Assembly: GCA_951406725.2 (NCBI GenBank)
Contig: OX597816.1
Span: 75,206,001-75,270,000 of the forward strand
Reading direction: 5' to 3'
From: Octopus vulgaris
Taxonomy: Eukaryota
Length of the DNA: 64,000 nucleotides
Position numbers and translations under genes: made by a program. Below are positions 63,874-64,000 of the stretch, in pieces (the first letter of the stretch is position 1; each line of letters begins with the position of its first letter). A model generated the notes under the pieces. That model ran no database searches. It was not told the origin of the DNA and worked only from the letters and a program-made list of their open reading frames with translations.

Positions 63874-63955
63874 CACACATGCATATCTGTGTTTGTGTTG
63901 TGTGGTGTGGTATGGTGGTGATGGTGTGTGTGTATGAGTGTGTGTGTGTGTGTGT

Positions 63956-64000
<45 letters not shown>

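Overview
AT-rich, repeat-dense eukaryotic DNA. The SINE, RTE-tail and microsatellite content looks like a coleoid cephalopod, probably Octopus (inference from repeat content only). Two spliced host genes missed by the ORF track were reconstructed by hand. One is the last two coding exons of ORC2 (+, 2210-2328 and 7699-7782). The other is a complete four-exon MRPS36/KGD4 gene (-, 21731 to 11052, 86 aa) with a GC-AG third intron. The two genes converge tail to tail. I could not support any host gene from about 22 kb to 64 kb. That part holds decayed Tc1/mariner elements, hAT and piggyBac-like MITEs, RTE-type LINE fragments, restriction-like-endonuclease (Hero-like and R4-like) and Penelope-like remnants, tRNA-derived SINEs and microsatellites. 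Most notable: (1) a permuted, knotted hammerhead-core-like motif in the 3' UTR of a Hero-like retroelement; (2) a head-to-head palindrome of tRNA-like heads with Penelope-type hammerhead tails inside a nested transposon stack; (3) a young RTE-tailed element with about six 329-bp 5' monomers in the last ORC2 intron; (4) serial SINE insertion into one repeatedly duplicated target; (5) a templated inverted duplication at a retroelement junction. All family names are from motif recognition, not database searches.
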